NCBI GenBank assembly: GCA_003971905.1 | Contig: RSEE01000123.1 | Coordinates: 62,001-126,000, forward strand | Direction of reading: 5' to 3' | DNA length: 64,000 nucleotides | Origin: Moniliella sp. 'wahieum' | Lineage: Eukaryota | Translations under genes and position numbers: made by a program | The notes under the pieces: generated by a model | Told to the model about the DNA's origin: nothing | Databases searched by the model: none | Seen by the model: only the letters and a program-made list of their open reading frames with translations | Shown here: positions 53,101 to 64,000 of the stretch, in pieces | How the letters are laid out: each line of letters opens with the position of its first letter | Position numbering within the stretch: the stretch's first letter is position 1

Positions 53101-54130
53101 GGCGCTGTTGGGACCATGGTACGGCCTGTTAGGGGACAAACGGCAACGTTTGGACTTTGTCCGTGCCTTGGTCAAGGCCATGGACCATGATCCTTCCCCT
53201 GATGCCGAATGTGTGACTGGCACTGATGTGCTCTTGGCCCAGTTTGTCGCGGACAACCTCGCCGTTTTACCTACCGCTCCTTGGACGAGGTGCTTACGTG
53301 CTGGCCGAACTCAAAGTGATCGTTTCTACCACAGGCATGCAGGCCCTGCATCTCGCTCAACAAGATGTGCCTGTCGATGTCGGGCTCACTATCTCGCCCT
53401 CCAAGCCACGGCGCTCTGCAGGGAGCAAGGAGTCTGTACGTTCCCCCTCCCGCGCGCACGCACGCCCTGGCGCTTCGCGCTTCGCTCCCCTAGTGGTCTT
53501 CCATCGTGTCGTTGACTGACCTCTTGAAAAGAAATTGGACGAATCGCACCCTCCCCATCTCGCCGAGCCCAGCCCAGTGCCTTGCGCGACGCCCACACAA
53601 CATCGCCCACCGCCACCGCTGGAAGTGTGAAGCAGCGCCGCTCCACTTGCCCAGCCTGACTCGAGTCGCGAGCCTACCTGGGCGCCCCATGCGCGCTTGT
53701 GCCAACTCGTAGGACTGGGCCTGACCCGCTCGCAACCACCTCAAGTGGCTGTACAGTTTACCGGAGAGCAAGTGCGTCGAACCCAAAGCGGCCGCCTCAC
53801 GGCGTAAGGTAGTGGGACAAGAGAACGCGCCCTCGCACCGCATGTTGGCTGATCGGGCATGGCTGCTTTCCCCGCCGACCCTCTGCCACACTTGGTCGAC
53901 CGCCAGCTTAGTTCGGCCGAGGCCGTGAGGTGCTCGTGGCGTACCAAACCCTCGTCGCGCAGGAAGGAACGACGCTCGAGCCAGAGGACATATCCTTGTC
54001 CTTAGACTTACCTTTGGACTTGGAGGAGACTGTGAGCACAGACGATCGCACCCCTTCCGCCGTCGGCTACGCCCTTCCCCGAGGCCCTTCCACTTTGGGC
54101 ACGCCGACGCCTAGCTTACCGCCCCGCTAA
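47173..54130 (+). CDS. SCC2: Cohesin loader Scc2/NIPBL (HEAT repeats), heavily frameshifted; start uncertain
   Basis: DQRTWILEEILSNLIHLP, FLPEWPA, VREQAIKILGDYL, DSAVSVRKRVVRIL, ALQNMGLLLRTYASL, LVGNTESFAESSISTQIVQRYLDPILEAA, PWYGLLGDKRQRLDFVRALVK, FVADNLAVLP. Long Pro-rich N-terminus. Confidence 0.9.
48058..48138 (+). repeat. 30-bp coding minisatellite (PALPP(T/A)PGP(G/A) x ~2.7) in the Scc2 N-terminal region
   Basis: Units at 48058-48087, 48088-48117 and 48118-48138. Confidence 0.8.
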
Positions 54131-54585
54131 GGGTGGGGGGACTGTCAACCCCCCCCCCTCTCCTCCTCCGACCCCCTTCCTCGCTGTTGTTATATACCCG
54201 CAATGGGACCAGACTTTCGTACTTGTCAGTGCAGTGGCTTGCAGGGCCTGACGGAAACCGAGACGGATTTCACTTGGCAGCACGCCATGTAGCGAGGCAG
54301 CTGGAAAGGGACAGTATTGCGTCCAGTTCAGCCCAGCCGCGTGGTTAGAGCCTGACGGTCCATATCTATTGGCAGTGTTGCGCGGCGAACCGCGCCGACA
54401 AGATTGCCCAGCCCAGAGCCTCGCGCTGCTGGCCCGACATACCTGCTGTTAGAATCGCAATGCTGAGTTTTTGGGTTGGTACAGCGAGCGCAGGAAGTTG
54501 GGAGCATGGGGAAGTCACGCTGCATTGACGTTGAGGCTTGCCACAGCCATGGGAGTTCTCCGCCGTCCCGTGCAAACGAACACAA

Positions 54586-54666
54586 GGACGGCTGGCGCAA
54601 TGGTAGCGCGTCTGACTACGACTGGTTGTAATCAGGAGGTTTCAGGTTCGACCCCTGCGTCGTTCG
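54586..54666 (+). tRNA. tRNA-Arg(ACG) with 9-nt intron (54622-54630)
   Basis: Acceptor stem GGACGGC/GTCGTTC+G. A box TGGCGCAATGG. Anticodon arm TCTGA-CT-ACG-A-[CTGGTTGTA]-A-TCAGG. T arm CAGG-TTCGAC-CCCTG. Confidence 0.95.
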
Positions 54667-54687
54667 ACCCGACAAGGGCGTCCTTCC

Positions 54688-54697
54688 TTTTTTTTTT
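54688..54697 (+). terminator. RNA Pol III terminator (T10)
   Basis: Oligo-T run ~20 nt downstream of the tRNA. Confidence 0.8.
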
Positions 54698-55609
54698 CTT
54701 TGCCTGGGCGCGTTCATTCCTCGCAGTGCCAGGCTCCCTCAATGTATTCTTCCCTTAACCTGCTCAAATCGAAGCGAGCGGGGCCACACTATTGGCGTCC
54801 AAGGAAGAGCTGTATAGCGCCAGTATGGCTGGCTGGTGCTACGTCCATGTGCATATGTGCTAGTGTCGACCTAGAGACCCGGCGAACGGGGGGCCACCGC
54901 CCTGCCCTGGCTGCCGAGGGAGTGATGTTGGACGGACATGGTGCAGTGGATGCTGTAGTGCGTCCCGTCCATCCGTATTCAACCCAAGACCAGGGGGGAG
55001 GGCGGGGTGGTAGGCTGTAAGGTGTGGCCGCCATCCTTGGTCCGTCCCGCTCCTGCTTAACGCCGGGATGGAAGGGGGGGCGGCCCACGCATGCGTGGCG
55101 TGTACTTGCGTTTGGCCGCGGTGCCGCGGCGGCGCGCGTAGATGGAGGAGCGGGGGTGCCGAGTGGGAGGTCTTTCCGGTTGCCGAGCAGATCGGGGTTG
55201 GTGTAGGAGGATGCTGGTGGGGGCGGGGTCAGCAGCTATCACCCATTTGTGGTGTGGAGGACGCATGAGGCCGCATGCGTGCTGACCGGGCGCGAACCCA
55301 GTCGATGGGGTGGGTGGCGATCATGCGTGCCTGCTGGGCATGATGCATGATCCCCATCATCAATCATCGAGGGGGGACGGATGCGTGAAGGGCGCGTGCT
55401 GACGCGCTGGTGGATGATGAGATGGGTGACATGGTCGATCTGTTTCAATGTTGCAGCACCGCCCCGGGCTGCGCTGTGGGTAGGCTTCCAGCGTAGGGTG
55501 CGGATGTATTGGCTACCGCTCGTCAGCAAATCCATGCTCGATTATCTCCATTGTCGATTACCACTGCGCTCCTCGCCGCCGCACCCGTCTTTCTTCCCAT
55601 CCACCAGCC

Positions 55610-55616
55610 TATAAAG
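55610..55616 (+). promoter_or_regulatory. Putative TATA box (TATAAAG) of the AKR gene
   Basis: TATAAAG followed by a CT-rich tract, ~100 bp upstream of ATG 55708. Confidence 0.5.
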
Positions 55617-55707
55617 AGCCCTTTGTGCCTGTCCTCCCCACACTCGCCACCACCCCTCGCCCTCCCACTCCCTTCTCCCCTCCACCACCCTTTTTACCCG
55701 CATCACC

Positions 55708-56864
55708 ATGGCCACCATCACACTCTCCGGCGATGCTCAGGGCGTCCAAGTCGGCGCTGGTGCGTACTCTGCTCCCCCCCCCCCCTCCCTCCTCATCTTC
55801 TGACTGTATCTACGCAGTTGGCCTTGGCCTCATGAACCTTTCCTGGCGTCCGACTCCTGTTCCGGATGAGCAGGCCTTTGCTACGCTCAATGCCGCGCTC
55901 GACAACGGAAGCAACTTCTGGAATGCCGGCACCTTCTACTCGGGCTCGCAAGAGGAGATGTGGAACTTGAGTCTGCTCAAGCGTTACTTTACCAAGTACC
56001 CCGCCGCCGCCGAGAAAGTGGTTCTGAGTGTCAAGGGCGGCATGAACCCTTGGTACAAGCTTGGCGCCATTGACTTCTGTCGCCTCTCTCCGCGCCGAGC
56101 TTGAGATTGCCAACAAGACACTGGCTGGGACCAAGACGATTGACATTTTCGAGCCTGCCCGTCGGGACCCAAGGTGCGTACCTCTCATCCCCTCTACGCC
56201 CACCTCCCTGAATATCTGAATACTAACGTATACCGTGCTATTTTTTTCTCGCCCCGCAGCTTTCTCCCGAGCAAATTGCGCCAACCTCAAGACGCTCCAG
56301 CAGGAAGGCCACTTTAAGTACATTGGCTTGTCGGAGGTTAGCGCGGCAACCATCCGTGCCACAGCCAGTGTTGTCCCGATTGCCGCGGTAGAGGCTGAGT
56401 CTCTCCCTTCTCACTCGATGTAGTAGAGAAGGAAGTGCTGCAGACATGCAACGAGCTCGGCATTGCCCTTGTGGCCTATTCGCCGCTGTCGCGCGGCTTC
56501 TTGGTGGGCAAATCAAGTCGGTCAAGGACATCCCGAGGGAGACGTTCGCCTCCACATGCCACGCTACCACCCGGACAACTTTGATCTGAACCTCAAGCTG
56601 GCCGACTCGATTCACAAGATTGCCGATCGCGAGGGCATCTCCACCCCGCGCTCGTGTATGCATGGCTGCGTCGGCAGGGGCGCGTGTGCTCGCCTTGCCT
56701 GGCTGTACCCGCCCGGAAACGGCAGCGAGCAATGCGCAGGCAGTGCCAAGGTGTCCATCTCGGACAAGGTCTATGAGGAGCTCAACGAGCAGATCCAGCA
56801 GCTGAGCAAGCAAGTCTCGGGGCTGCGCTACCCCGAGGCAGCCATGGGCGGTGTGTTGGCGTAA
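55708..56864 (+). CDS. Aldo-keto reductase, pyridoxal reductase (AKR8)-like; 2 introns, frameshifted
   Basis: [43 protein letters not shown]...[59 protein letters not shown]. Confidence 0.9.
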
Positions 56865-57405
56865 GAGAGGGGCCTGGATCTTGCATGTCCCTTCCCGTTC
56901 CCATCGACCGACTGGGGAGGAGGACGCAGACTATGACTATGGCGGTGTACCACGCAGGCAATTGATTCTACCGGAGATTAGATCGCAGTGTTGTATAGTT
57001 GCTACAGCAGAGCGAAAGAAGCAGAGCGGTTGGTTATATTCGCTCCCAGTCGCAATAGGCTGGCGTGAGATCGAGAGAGCTCGGGGCATTTTCATGGTGG
57101 TCTGCTCAAACCTTCTGCCACGATCATGCATCGCATCATGCATCATGCATCTCACTGCTTCCACGTGGGCACCATGGACGCTGCCACGCAGGACGCGCCG
57201 CCGACTGCCACCACCTCTCCCCTGCTGCCTCCACCATGCGTCGTTGGCGTGCGGGCACGCTGGTGCGGCTGCGTTATGTGCCAGCCTTGTCTCCGCCGCC
57301 GCGCGCCCACCACGCGTCCCCACGCCGTCCGTGTCGGCGTCGACGCACCCTGACCGAGCCCCCGCTGGCGCCGCGAGCTGCTCGAGGCGTGGGCCTACGT
57401 CGCCT

Positions 57406-60400
57406 ATGGCCTGGCCCAGCCCGCGTCGGCAGCGGGCGTGGCGCTAGGCCCATCCGCCTCCCTCTCTGTGCTGGACGATGATGCCGGCCGCCATCGGCCT
57501 GTTCGACGTGCTCGGACGCGGCCCACAACGCGCTGCGCGCCCAGGGGGTGCCAGAACAGCTTCGGACGCGGACCAGCTTGCCTGCTCGACAAGGCACTGC
57601 AATCGCTCGGAGCGCCTGCCTCGCACCGTGCCTGGTGGCACACCGCCGTTGCTGCCCCGCTCCACCACCCCTCGCTTCGCTGCCCAATGGCCACCCTCGC
57701 TCCGCCCTCTCCCCCACCGGTGACTGTCCGTCCTGGATCACCTGCCGCGCTCGACGTCACGCTGTGTGATGACTCGCAGCTTCTGGATGCGGTGGAGCGT
57801 GAGCGTGAGCTCTCCTTTTCAGCTGCCGCTCCGTTCTCCTGAAGGCCTGGCACACATCGTATCTCATGGCGAGCCAACGCAACTGCCATCCTGTACGCTG
57901 ATGGCCAGACTTTCCTTTCCCCTGCTGGCCTTGCTCTTCATTCTGCCCTGCATGGCGGCACAAGAGGGGAAGATCAAATGTTTTACGCTGGGCCCGACCT
58001 TGGACACGGGCAGCGACGTGTCAAGTTGAGCGGATACGGCGCCAGCCTCGATCTCAAGAAGTCGACTATCTCGTCCTGGACGATCGCGCTATTGAGGAGG
58101 ATGCACCGCTTTCGTCTGAAGAACAAGTCGTGCTTTCCAGCGATGAGGACCCCACAAACGACGATGGGGCCTGGCTCCGTGCTCAGTTACCGACTTGGGG
58201 TCGGCGAGAGCAAGGCGGACAGGTTCACTCCGCTGGGACACAAGGTCAGCTGGCTCATCTCGGCTTCTTCCGATCCGCTGCGGGCATTGCGGACATTGGT
58301 TTCGGACCTTCCCAACCATGTGGGATGGATCCAATCTCTCTTTCCTCGAAGGCGCTCGTGCCGCTGAGTACGCCAACTTCTCCATGACTGTCGGTAGTAG
58401 TAACCAACAAAGCTTGTTGCCAGCGGGCACCAACCTGCTCTGGCTCAATGGTGCTAGCGTGCCCCTGACGGAGTCCGAGTCGGCGGGAACACCGCCAGCG
58501 CACCAGGACGTACAAGCTCTCCTGCGCACCCTGAGCAACGAGGAGCACAAGTTGTCTTACATCCTCAACCGAATCAATTCGTCTCTTCCCACAGAGGAAG
58601 GGCAGCGCCAAGTCGCTCAGTTGCTCAATGACGATCGAGTTCTCGGGCAAGGCTCGACTACACTGTTGCGTATTGACGCCTCGGACGATCACGAGGGCGA
58701 GAAAGGTGCCATTGTGCGTGTGACCGACGTGCGCAGGGCTCCTACTGAAGAACAGCGTGACTGGGACTCGTCCCTCGCCCCACTTCTCGAAACCGTATCG
58801 GGCGGAGGAAGGGTGGCCCCGGCTCTGGTGCAGCGCAACCTTTTTGAGATTGTCTGGGCGTTTGACTTGCGTGCGAGGGGGAACATTGCATTCCTTGCGG
58901 AGGCTCTGCCTTACATTACGGCTAGCGTACCTATGACCTGGGCCGTTGTTCCCCTCAGCCCAGCCCTTCCAAAGCTGGGGCAGTGGCGGAAGAGCTAGCT
59001 AGAATTTGCACTACGTTTCCCGCTCGGCTGGGCCAGAGGGTGTGCTTCTGTGGGCCGAGGCGGTTGCCTCGGACGTGCCTAGGGACAAGGACAAGCAGCA
59101 CCTGGTCAGTGTTTCCACCGCACGACGCGCCGCCACATGGTCCTGGACGGTCCCCTTGGTGGCGCCCATGCCGTTACCGAACAACTCAACCTCCTGCATC
59201 GTGCCTCGCAGGGCAAGACGAGTGGGACCGAAGATGACCTGGTGGGTACGCAGGCTTTGCAAGCTTCTCGCCTTTGGGCCAAACGTCTGGGTGTGCCCCC
59301 GGCCAGCGAGGCTGTGCCTCTCCCGCGTCCCGTACCCGTCTTGGCCCGGAATGCGCCCTCCCCCTCCTCCCTCGGGTGTGGCGTTCCTGAATGGCGAACG
59401 GGTTACGGTGGACGAACGATGGATGAACCGCCTGAGCGCTAGCTTGGGTCGCGATTTGGAGTTGCTGATGAAGCCGTTCGGACTGGCGAGATACAAGATG
59501 ATGTGGTGGATGAGATGGATCCGGTTGAAGGCTATTTCTACCGTCTTCCCGGGACTCTGTCTCATTTCTCGCCTCTGGTGGACCGGTTGGGATCCAAGGG
59601 CCCACTCGAGATCGTTGACGTTTCTACCGCCCTATCGTTCGAGCCAACCAGCTGCCAACGTGTCCCTTCTTGTGGTGGCTGATTTGGACCGACCGGCCAC
59701 ACAGAGCGTGCTCCGTGCTGCCCTGGCCGCCGCTGACGTTCCAATCGATCTTGCCGTTTCCCACCAAGCTTCTTCCGCTGGGCGGGAGCCGTATCGAGCT
59801 GTCTGTATACCCTTTTGTCCCGTCCTGGTCTTCTATACCGACGTGGGAGACGAGGTACTTGCTTGCCTCGACGCGCCTGGACAGGTATTGCCCGATTCGG
59901 AACTGTGGTGGACCCAGCATACCCCTCTTCTCTCCTCTCGATCAGAAGGTCGCTCTGGTGCTCAACGGCCGAGTCTTGTGGGTGGATCCGGAGGAAGCCA
60001 GCAGCTCAGATCTAGTGGCTGTCCTCAAGCTCGAGAGCACCCATCGCGCTGCGGGACTGAGGGAGGCGGTCGGTTCGATTGCTGGCTCTGTCTCGGCGAC
60101 TCGCCTAGCAGAGGTGCGCCATGCTGTGTTTCAAGCCAGAAGGGATCCTTTTTACTCGTCGGGAGTGGCTCCGCGTTTGGGCCAGGCATTGGCCAAAGTG
60201 GTTGCGGACCATGGTTCGGCTGTTTCCTTTGGCTCTGAACGTTCGCCTTTAAGCTTTACCCTCGCTTTGGATCCCACCTCGGATGAGGCCCCGCAATGGG
60301 CAGCCACACTGGCTGTTCTTCAGCGTTTCCCCAACGTGCAAGTCCAACTGGTATGGAACCCACCCCGTACGGAGGAGGAGGAGGTATTGGATCCGCGTCT

Positions 60401-62174
60401 GGCCATGGCGGGGGTGGAGCCCAAGGTGCCCGAGCCACCAGAGCTACCGGCGTTGGCCAAGCGGTTCACTCGCCACCTTGTACCGCAGTTGACGTTTGAC
60501 GCCCATGGCCAGCGGGTTGTGCCTCCTCTCCTATTTGGGGGTGAGAGCGTACCGCAAGATGAGGTGTTGACCCTGGCTCTTGTCCCACCTCCGGCATGGC
60601 ACACCATGCCCACCAAGGCGCTGTACGATTTGGACAACTTACGTCTCTCTGCCCTTCCAGATGGACAGGAGGCCGGGGTAGAAGCAACGTACTCTCTTGA
60701 GGGTCTTCTTGTCCAAGGCCATGCTGTGGACCTTTCCTCTCGTCAGAGGGAATCTCCCAGTGGCATGCAGCTCCTCCTGCAACGCCCCTCCCCCTCTGGT
60801 TCCGACGCCAGCGCCAGCGTCGACGTCCCAGTCGAGTCACACGACACGATCGTCATGGACAACCTCGCTTATTTCCAGTTCCGTGCTCAACCGGGCGAGT
60901 GGGACTTGTCTCTCCGTCCGGGTCGGACGGCCGAGGTGTATAGGTTAGCGTCGGACCTCAAGACATTTTCGGTGCAGCTTGCCTCGCTCGAAGGCATCAC
61001 CATCCAACCCAAATTTGTCAAGCAGCCAGGTATGCTCAATGCTCGTCTTGTTGAGGATCCCGAGGCTCCAGTGTCGGTTGTGGATGAGGATGGGTATGTT
61101 TCCATGGTCCCCTCCACCACTGGTGGGGCAGGCTCAGTATGGTCCTCCCTCAGCTCGCGGATCAAGGCTTGGGTCCCAGGCAAAGCCCCTAACCGGCACG
61201 CCGACATTAACATTTTCACCATTGCCTCGGGCCATCTTTATGAGCGATTCTTGTCCATCATGATCCTCAGGTACGTCTTTACGTCTTTACTCTTCTATCT
61301 TTGAACCGCTGTATGACTAACCCCACTTTGTTCTTAGTGTTTTGCGTCAAACGGAACACAGCGTCAAGTTTTGGTTTGTCGAAGATTTCCTGTCGCCGTC
61401 GTTCAAGCACCTTCTACCTGCCCTCTCGTCCCACTATGGCTTCCAATACGAGCTCGTCTCGTACGCCTGGCCTCACTGGCTCCGCTCGCAAACAGAGAAA
61501 CAGCGTACCATTTGGGGGTACAAGATTCTCTTCCTGGACGTGCTGTTTCCACTTGACTTGGACCGGATCTTGTTTGTTGATGCGGACCAGATTGTGCGGA
61601 CGGACTGTACGAGTTGACAACGATGGACCTGCATGGCAAGCCATACGCCTACCCCCCCATGGGCGACGACAGCTACGATATGGATGGGTTCCGGTTCTGG
61701 AAGACGGGGTACTGGAAAAACTTTCTGCGCGGCAAGCCCTATCACATTTCGGCGCTCTACGCCGTTGATCTCGTTCGGTTCCGCCAACTGGCCGCGGGCG
61801 ATCGGCTTCGAGCGCATTACCAAGCCCTCTCGGCCGACCGGGGCAGTTTGGCCAACTTGGACCAAGACTTGCCCAACAGTCTGCAATTTTCCCTCCCCAT
61901 CCACACCTTGCCCAAAGAATGGCTCTGGTGCGAAACCTGGTGCTCCTCCGACTGGCTCCCCCAGGCCAAAACCATCGACCTCTGCTCCAATCCCAAGACC
62001 AAGGAACCCAAGTTGGACCGCGCTCGGCGTCAAATGCCCGAATGGAGCGTGTACGATCAAGAAATCGCCAACTTTGTCGCTTCCCTCAAGACGAACCGGA
62101 CCGAATCCGAGTCCGAGGCGGACACCCACACCCCTGGCCCACACTCAGAGCCAGAGAGACATGAGGACTTGTAG
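57406..62174 (+). CDS. UGGT: UDP-glucose:glycoprotein glucosyltransferase (UGGT/Gpt1/Kre5 family); start approximate, frameshifted
   Basis: [93 protein letters not shown] (intron 61271-61337), GT24 motifs [51 protein letters not shown], and C-terminal HEDL. Confidence 0.95.
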
Positions 62175-62404
62175 TGGCTTTTTTGCTCGCTTCTTGCGCC
62201 TCTTCCCCTCTTCTCCTCCCCCCCTAACCCGCCTCATTTTGCATCTCGTGCCCTCATTTTATTCATCGCATGAACGTGAACCTTGGCTGTGTGCGCGGAC
62301 GACGGTTGGGTCGACCGAGACGGGCGGGGGTCTAGCGTTCGGGTTGTCGCAGTGGGATGGACGTTGTGCTGGTTAGAAAGATATTGGTCCGAGTCTTCAA
62401 AGCA

Positions 62405-62439
62405 TTAAGCCTGAAGCTTGAAGTTTGAAGCTTGAAGCT
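62405..62439. repeat. Period-7 array TTA AGCC TGA AGCT TGA AGTT TGA AGCT TGA AGCT
   Basis: Read directly. Confidence 0.9.
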
Positions 62440-62520
62440 GGTCACGAGAATCCTACCCGTCCCGCAATCGCACCGAGTTCACTCTATACTAGCCGTCGCT
62501 TCCAGTCGAGTCCTTCGTAG

Positions 62521-62558
62521 TCAACAATCATTAATCAACGTTGAACATTGAGTATTGA
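62521..62558. repeat. Period-7 array TCA ACAA TCA TTAA TCA ACGT TGA ACAT TGA GTAT TGA
   Basis: Read directly; six TNA triplets in perfect 7-bp phase. Confidence 0.9.
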
Positions 62559-62798
62559 GTCCAGCTCAACCGAGTGGTCCCTAAGTACACAGTGCACGCG
62601 GCCAACGCTTAGCACTCAGTCTGAGTGCCAAGACAGACAGCGTGGGTAACACATGTATGGGGTGGGGGATGGGGTACGGAGGACGGGGTGGGATGGAGGG
62701 TGGCGGGCTGGGCGGATAAATACGCAAAAATCTTGTCTTTGGTCTTCGGCTGGCGGCCAAATATTACAAGAACGGTGAACTGAACGGTGACTACCAGC

Positions 62799-62876
62799 TG
62801 ATGAATGATGAATGATGATCGATGATCGATAACGTGTGATGCATGTGATGCATGATCGATTAATATTTAATGATTA
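62799..62876. repeat. Period-7 TNA-NNNN array
   Basis: TGA TGAA TGA TGAA TGA / TGA TCGA TGA TCGA TAA CGTG TGA TGCA / TGA TGCA TGA TCGA TTA ATAT TTA ATGA TTA. Confidence 0.88.
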
Positions 62877-64000
62877 AATCGATTAAATGACCCGCTGATA
62901 CCCGAGATGGTAGGCGATCATCGAGATCATCGATCGCCGGGCACCGGTCACCACGAGTGTACAGATGCATTCGGGTCTTGTTGCCTACTCGACACTTGAT
63001 GAACTCGATAAACAATCGCATAATTCCCGCCACCACCACCTACCCCGGCACGGATCGCCATCGCGGCTCATATACCATCCCTGTTCATCTTCTGTCCTAT
63101 ACTGGGAAGGAGAACGTTGAATGTACTGTGACGGTTGAAGACGTTGAAGCATCGACCAACATGTTCCTATGGCTAGGACATGCGCATACATTTTTGGTGC
63201 AATGGGCGTCCATGACGACGCGATTTCAAGCTCCGTGAGAACCACAGCGTCCAGGCCGATATAGTGCAAATCGTGTCAAAACAACCTGTGTCGGGTCGAA
63301 AAAACGATGTGGTTTTGATGTAAATGATTAATGAGAGCTCACGGATCGCTGGGATAAGAACATTATCCTGGTTACGGGGCGAAAAACTCTTATATTGGGA
63401 TGGGCCATACGGTAATGCCTGGCAAGTGCCATCGCTATACTAGCTGGTAGCTGTGTGCACACTATATGTTCGAGAGGCGAGCGTGCCCACACGCACAATC
63501 AATCGGCCGTGATGATGATCGTCACGGCAAGCGAGTTTCCGAGTGTCAATCGATTGCGCCACGCGTTCGTTTGCTTCAACAGTGCTCCCAGCGCGCGCGA
63601 CGATGAATAGTTGAGCCTCCTCGGCCCCCAAAAGTGCCTAGAGCATTTCATGCCGCTATCCCCCCTTGCGACAACTCAGCTGGGCTGCGCCCGGTCCTAG
63701 CCGGGCATGCTGTTCGCTCCGCCGGCTGGCTTGTCGTGGTGCAGGGAAGGTGCGATGCTGTGGCGGGTGTATGAAGGGACCGACATGGGCCAGGGAGGGG
63801 GGGAGAGGCGGAATACCATCACCCGCACAGGATTTGAACCGGCGGCAAATAGCGGGCGCGGGCATCGGCGCGGGGCGGCACACAGCCCCCGTGCGGGACG
63901 CAGAGTTTCTGCAGGTCACGCACGGGCCACACCAGCCACACCCGCTTCCCACCGATAGCAGCGCGGGGGCCTTGAAATTGCACGCCGCCACACTCGCCCT

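Noticed and set aside
20445..62174. Gene set as a functional or biosynthetic cluster
   Set aside because: The genes are functionally unrelated housekeeping genes and there is no backbone enzyme.

Overview
Eukaryotic fungal genomic DNA. It is basidiomycete-like: GC-rich, with short GT-AG introns and CTAAC/CTGAC branch sites; Tremellomycete affinity is a tentative inference. Nearly every gene is broken by 1-bp indels, including the normally essential SCC2 and MED10. These are best read as uncorrected long-read errors, so gene boundaries are approximate. Recognisable genes, left to right: a forkhead transcription factor with an atypical recognition helix, a LisH+WD40 protein, a coiled-coil protein, an M1 aminopeptidase, a J-domain protein, an Snt2-like chromatin protein, a Vsb1-like SulP-STAS-cNMP transporter, a YOR238W-like protein, Med10, Scc2/NIPBL, an intron-containing tRNA-Arg(ACG), a pyridoxal-reductase-like aldo-keto reductase and UGGT. 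Two non-genic signals stand out. (1) A young 3.2-kb LTR element (26034-29250) with no detectable gag/pol but an intact Tf1/sushi-type self-priming PBS, a U5 hairpin and a PPT. (2) Intergenic period-7 arrays of the form TNA-NNNN-TNA across the window, in which the 4-nt spacer changes between units but is very often a palindrome. No standard feature class explains these arrays. Apart from the forkhead gene, the first ~14 kb could not be assigned with confidence.
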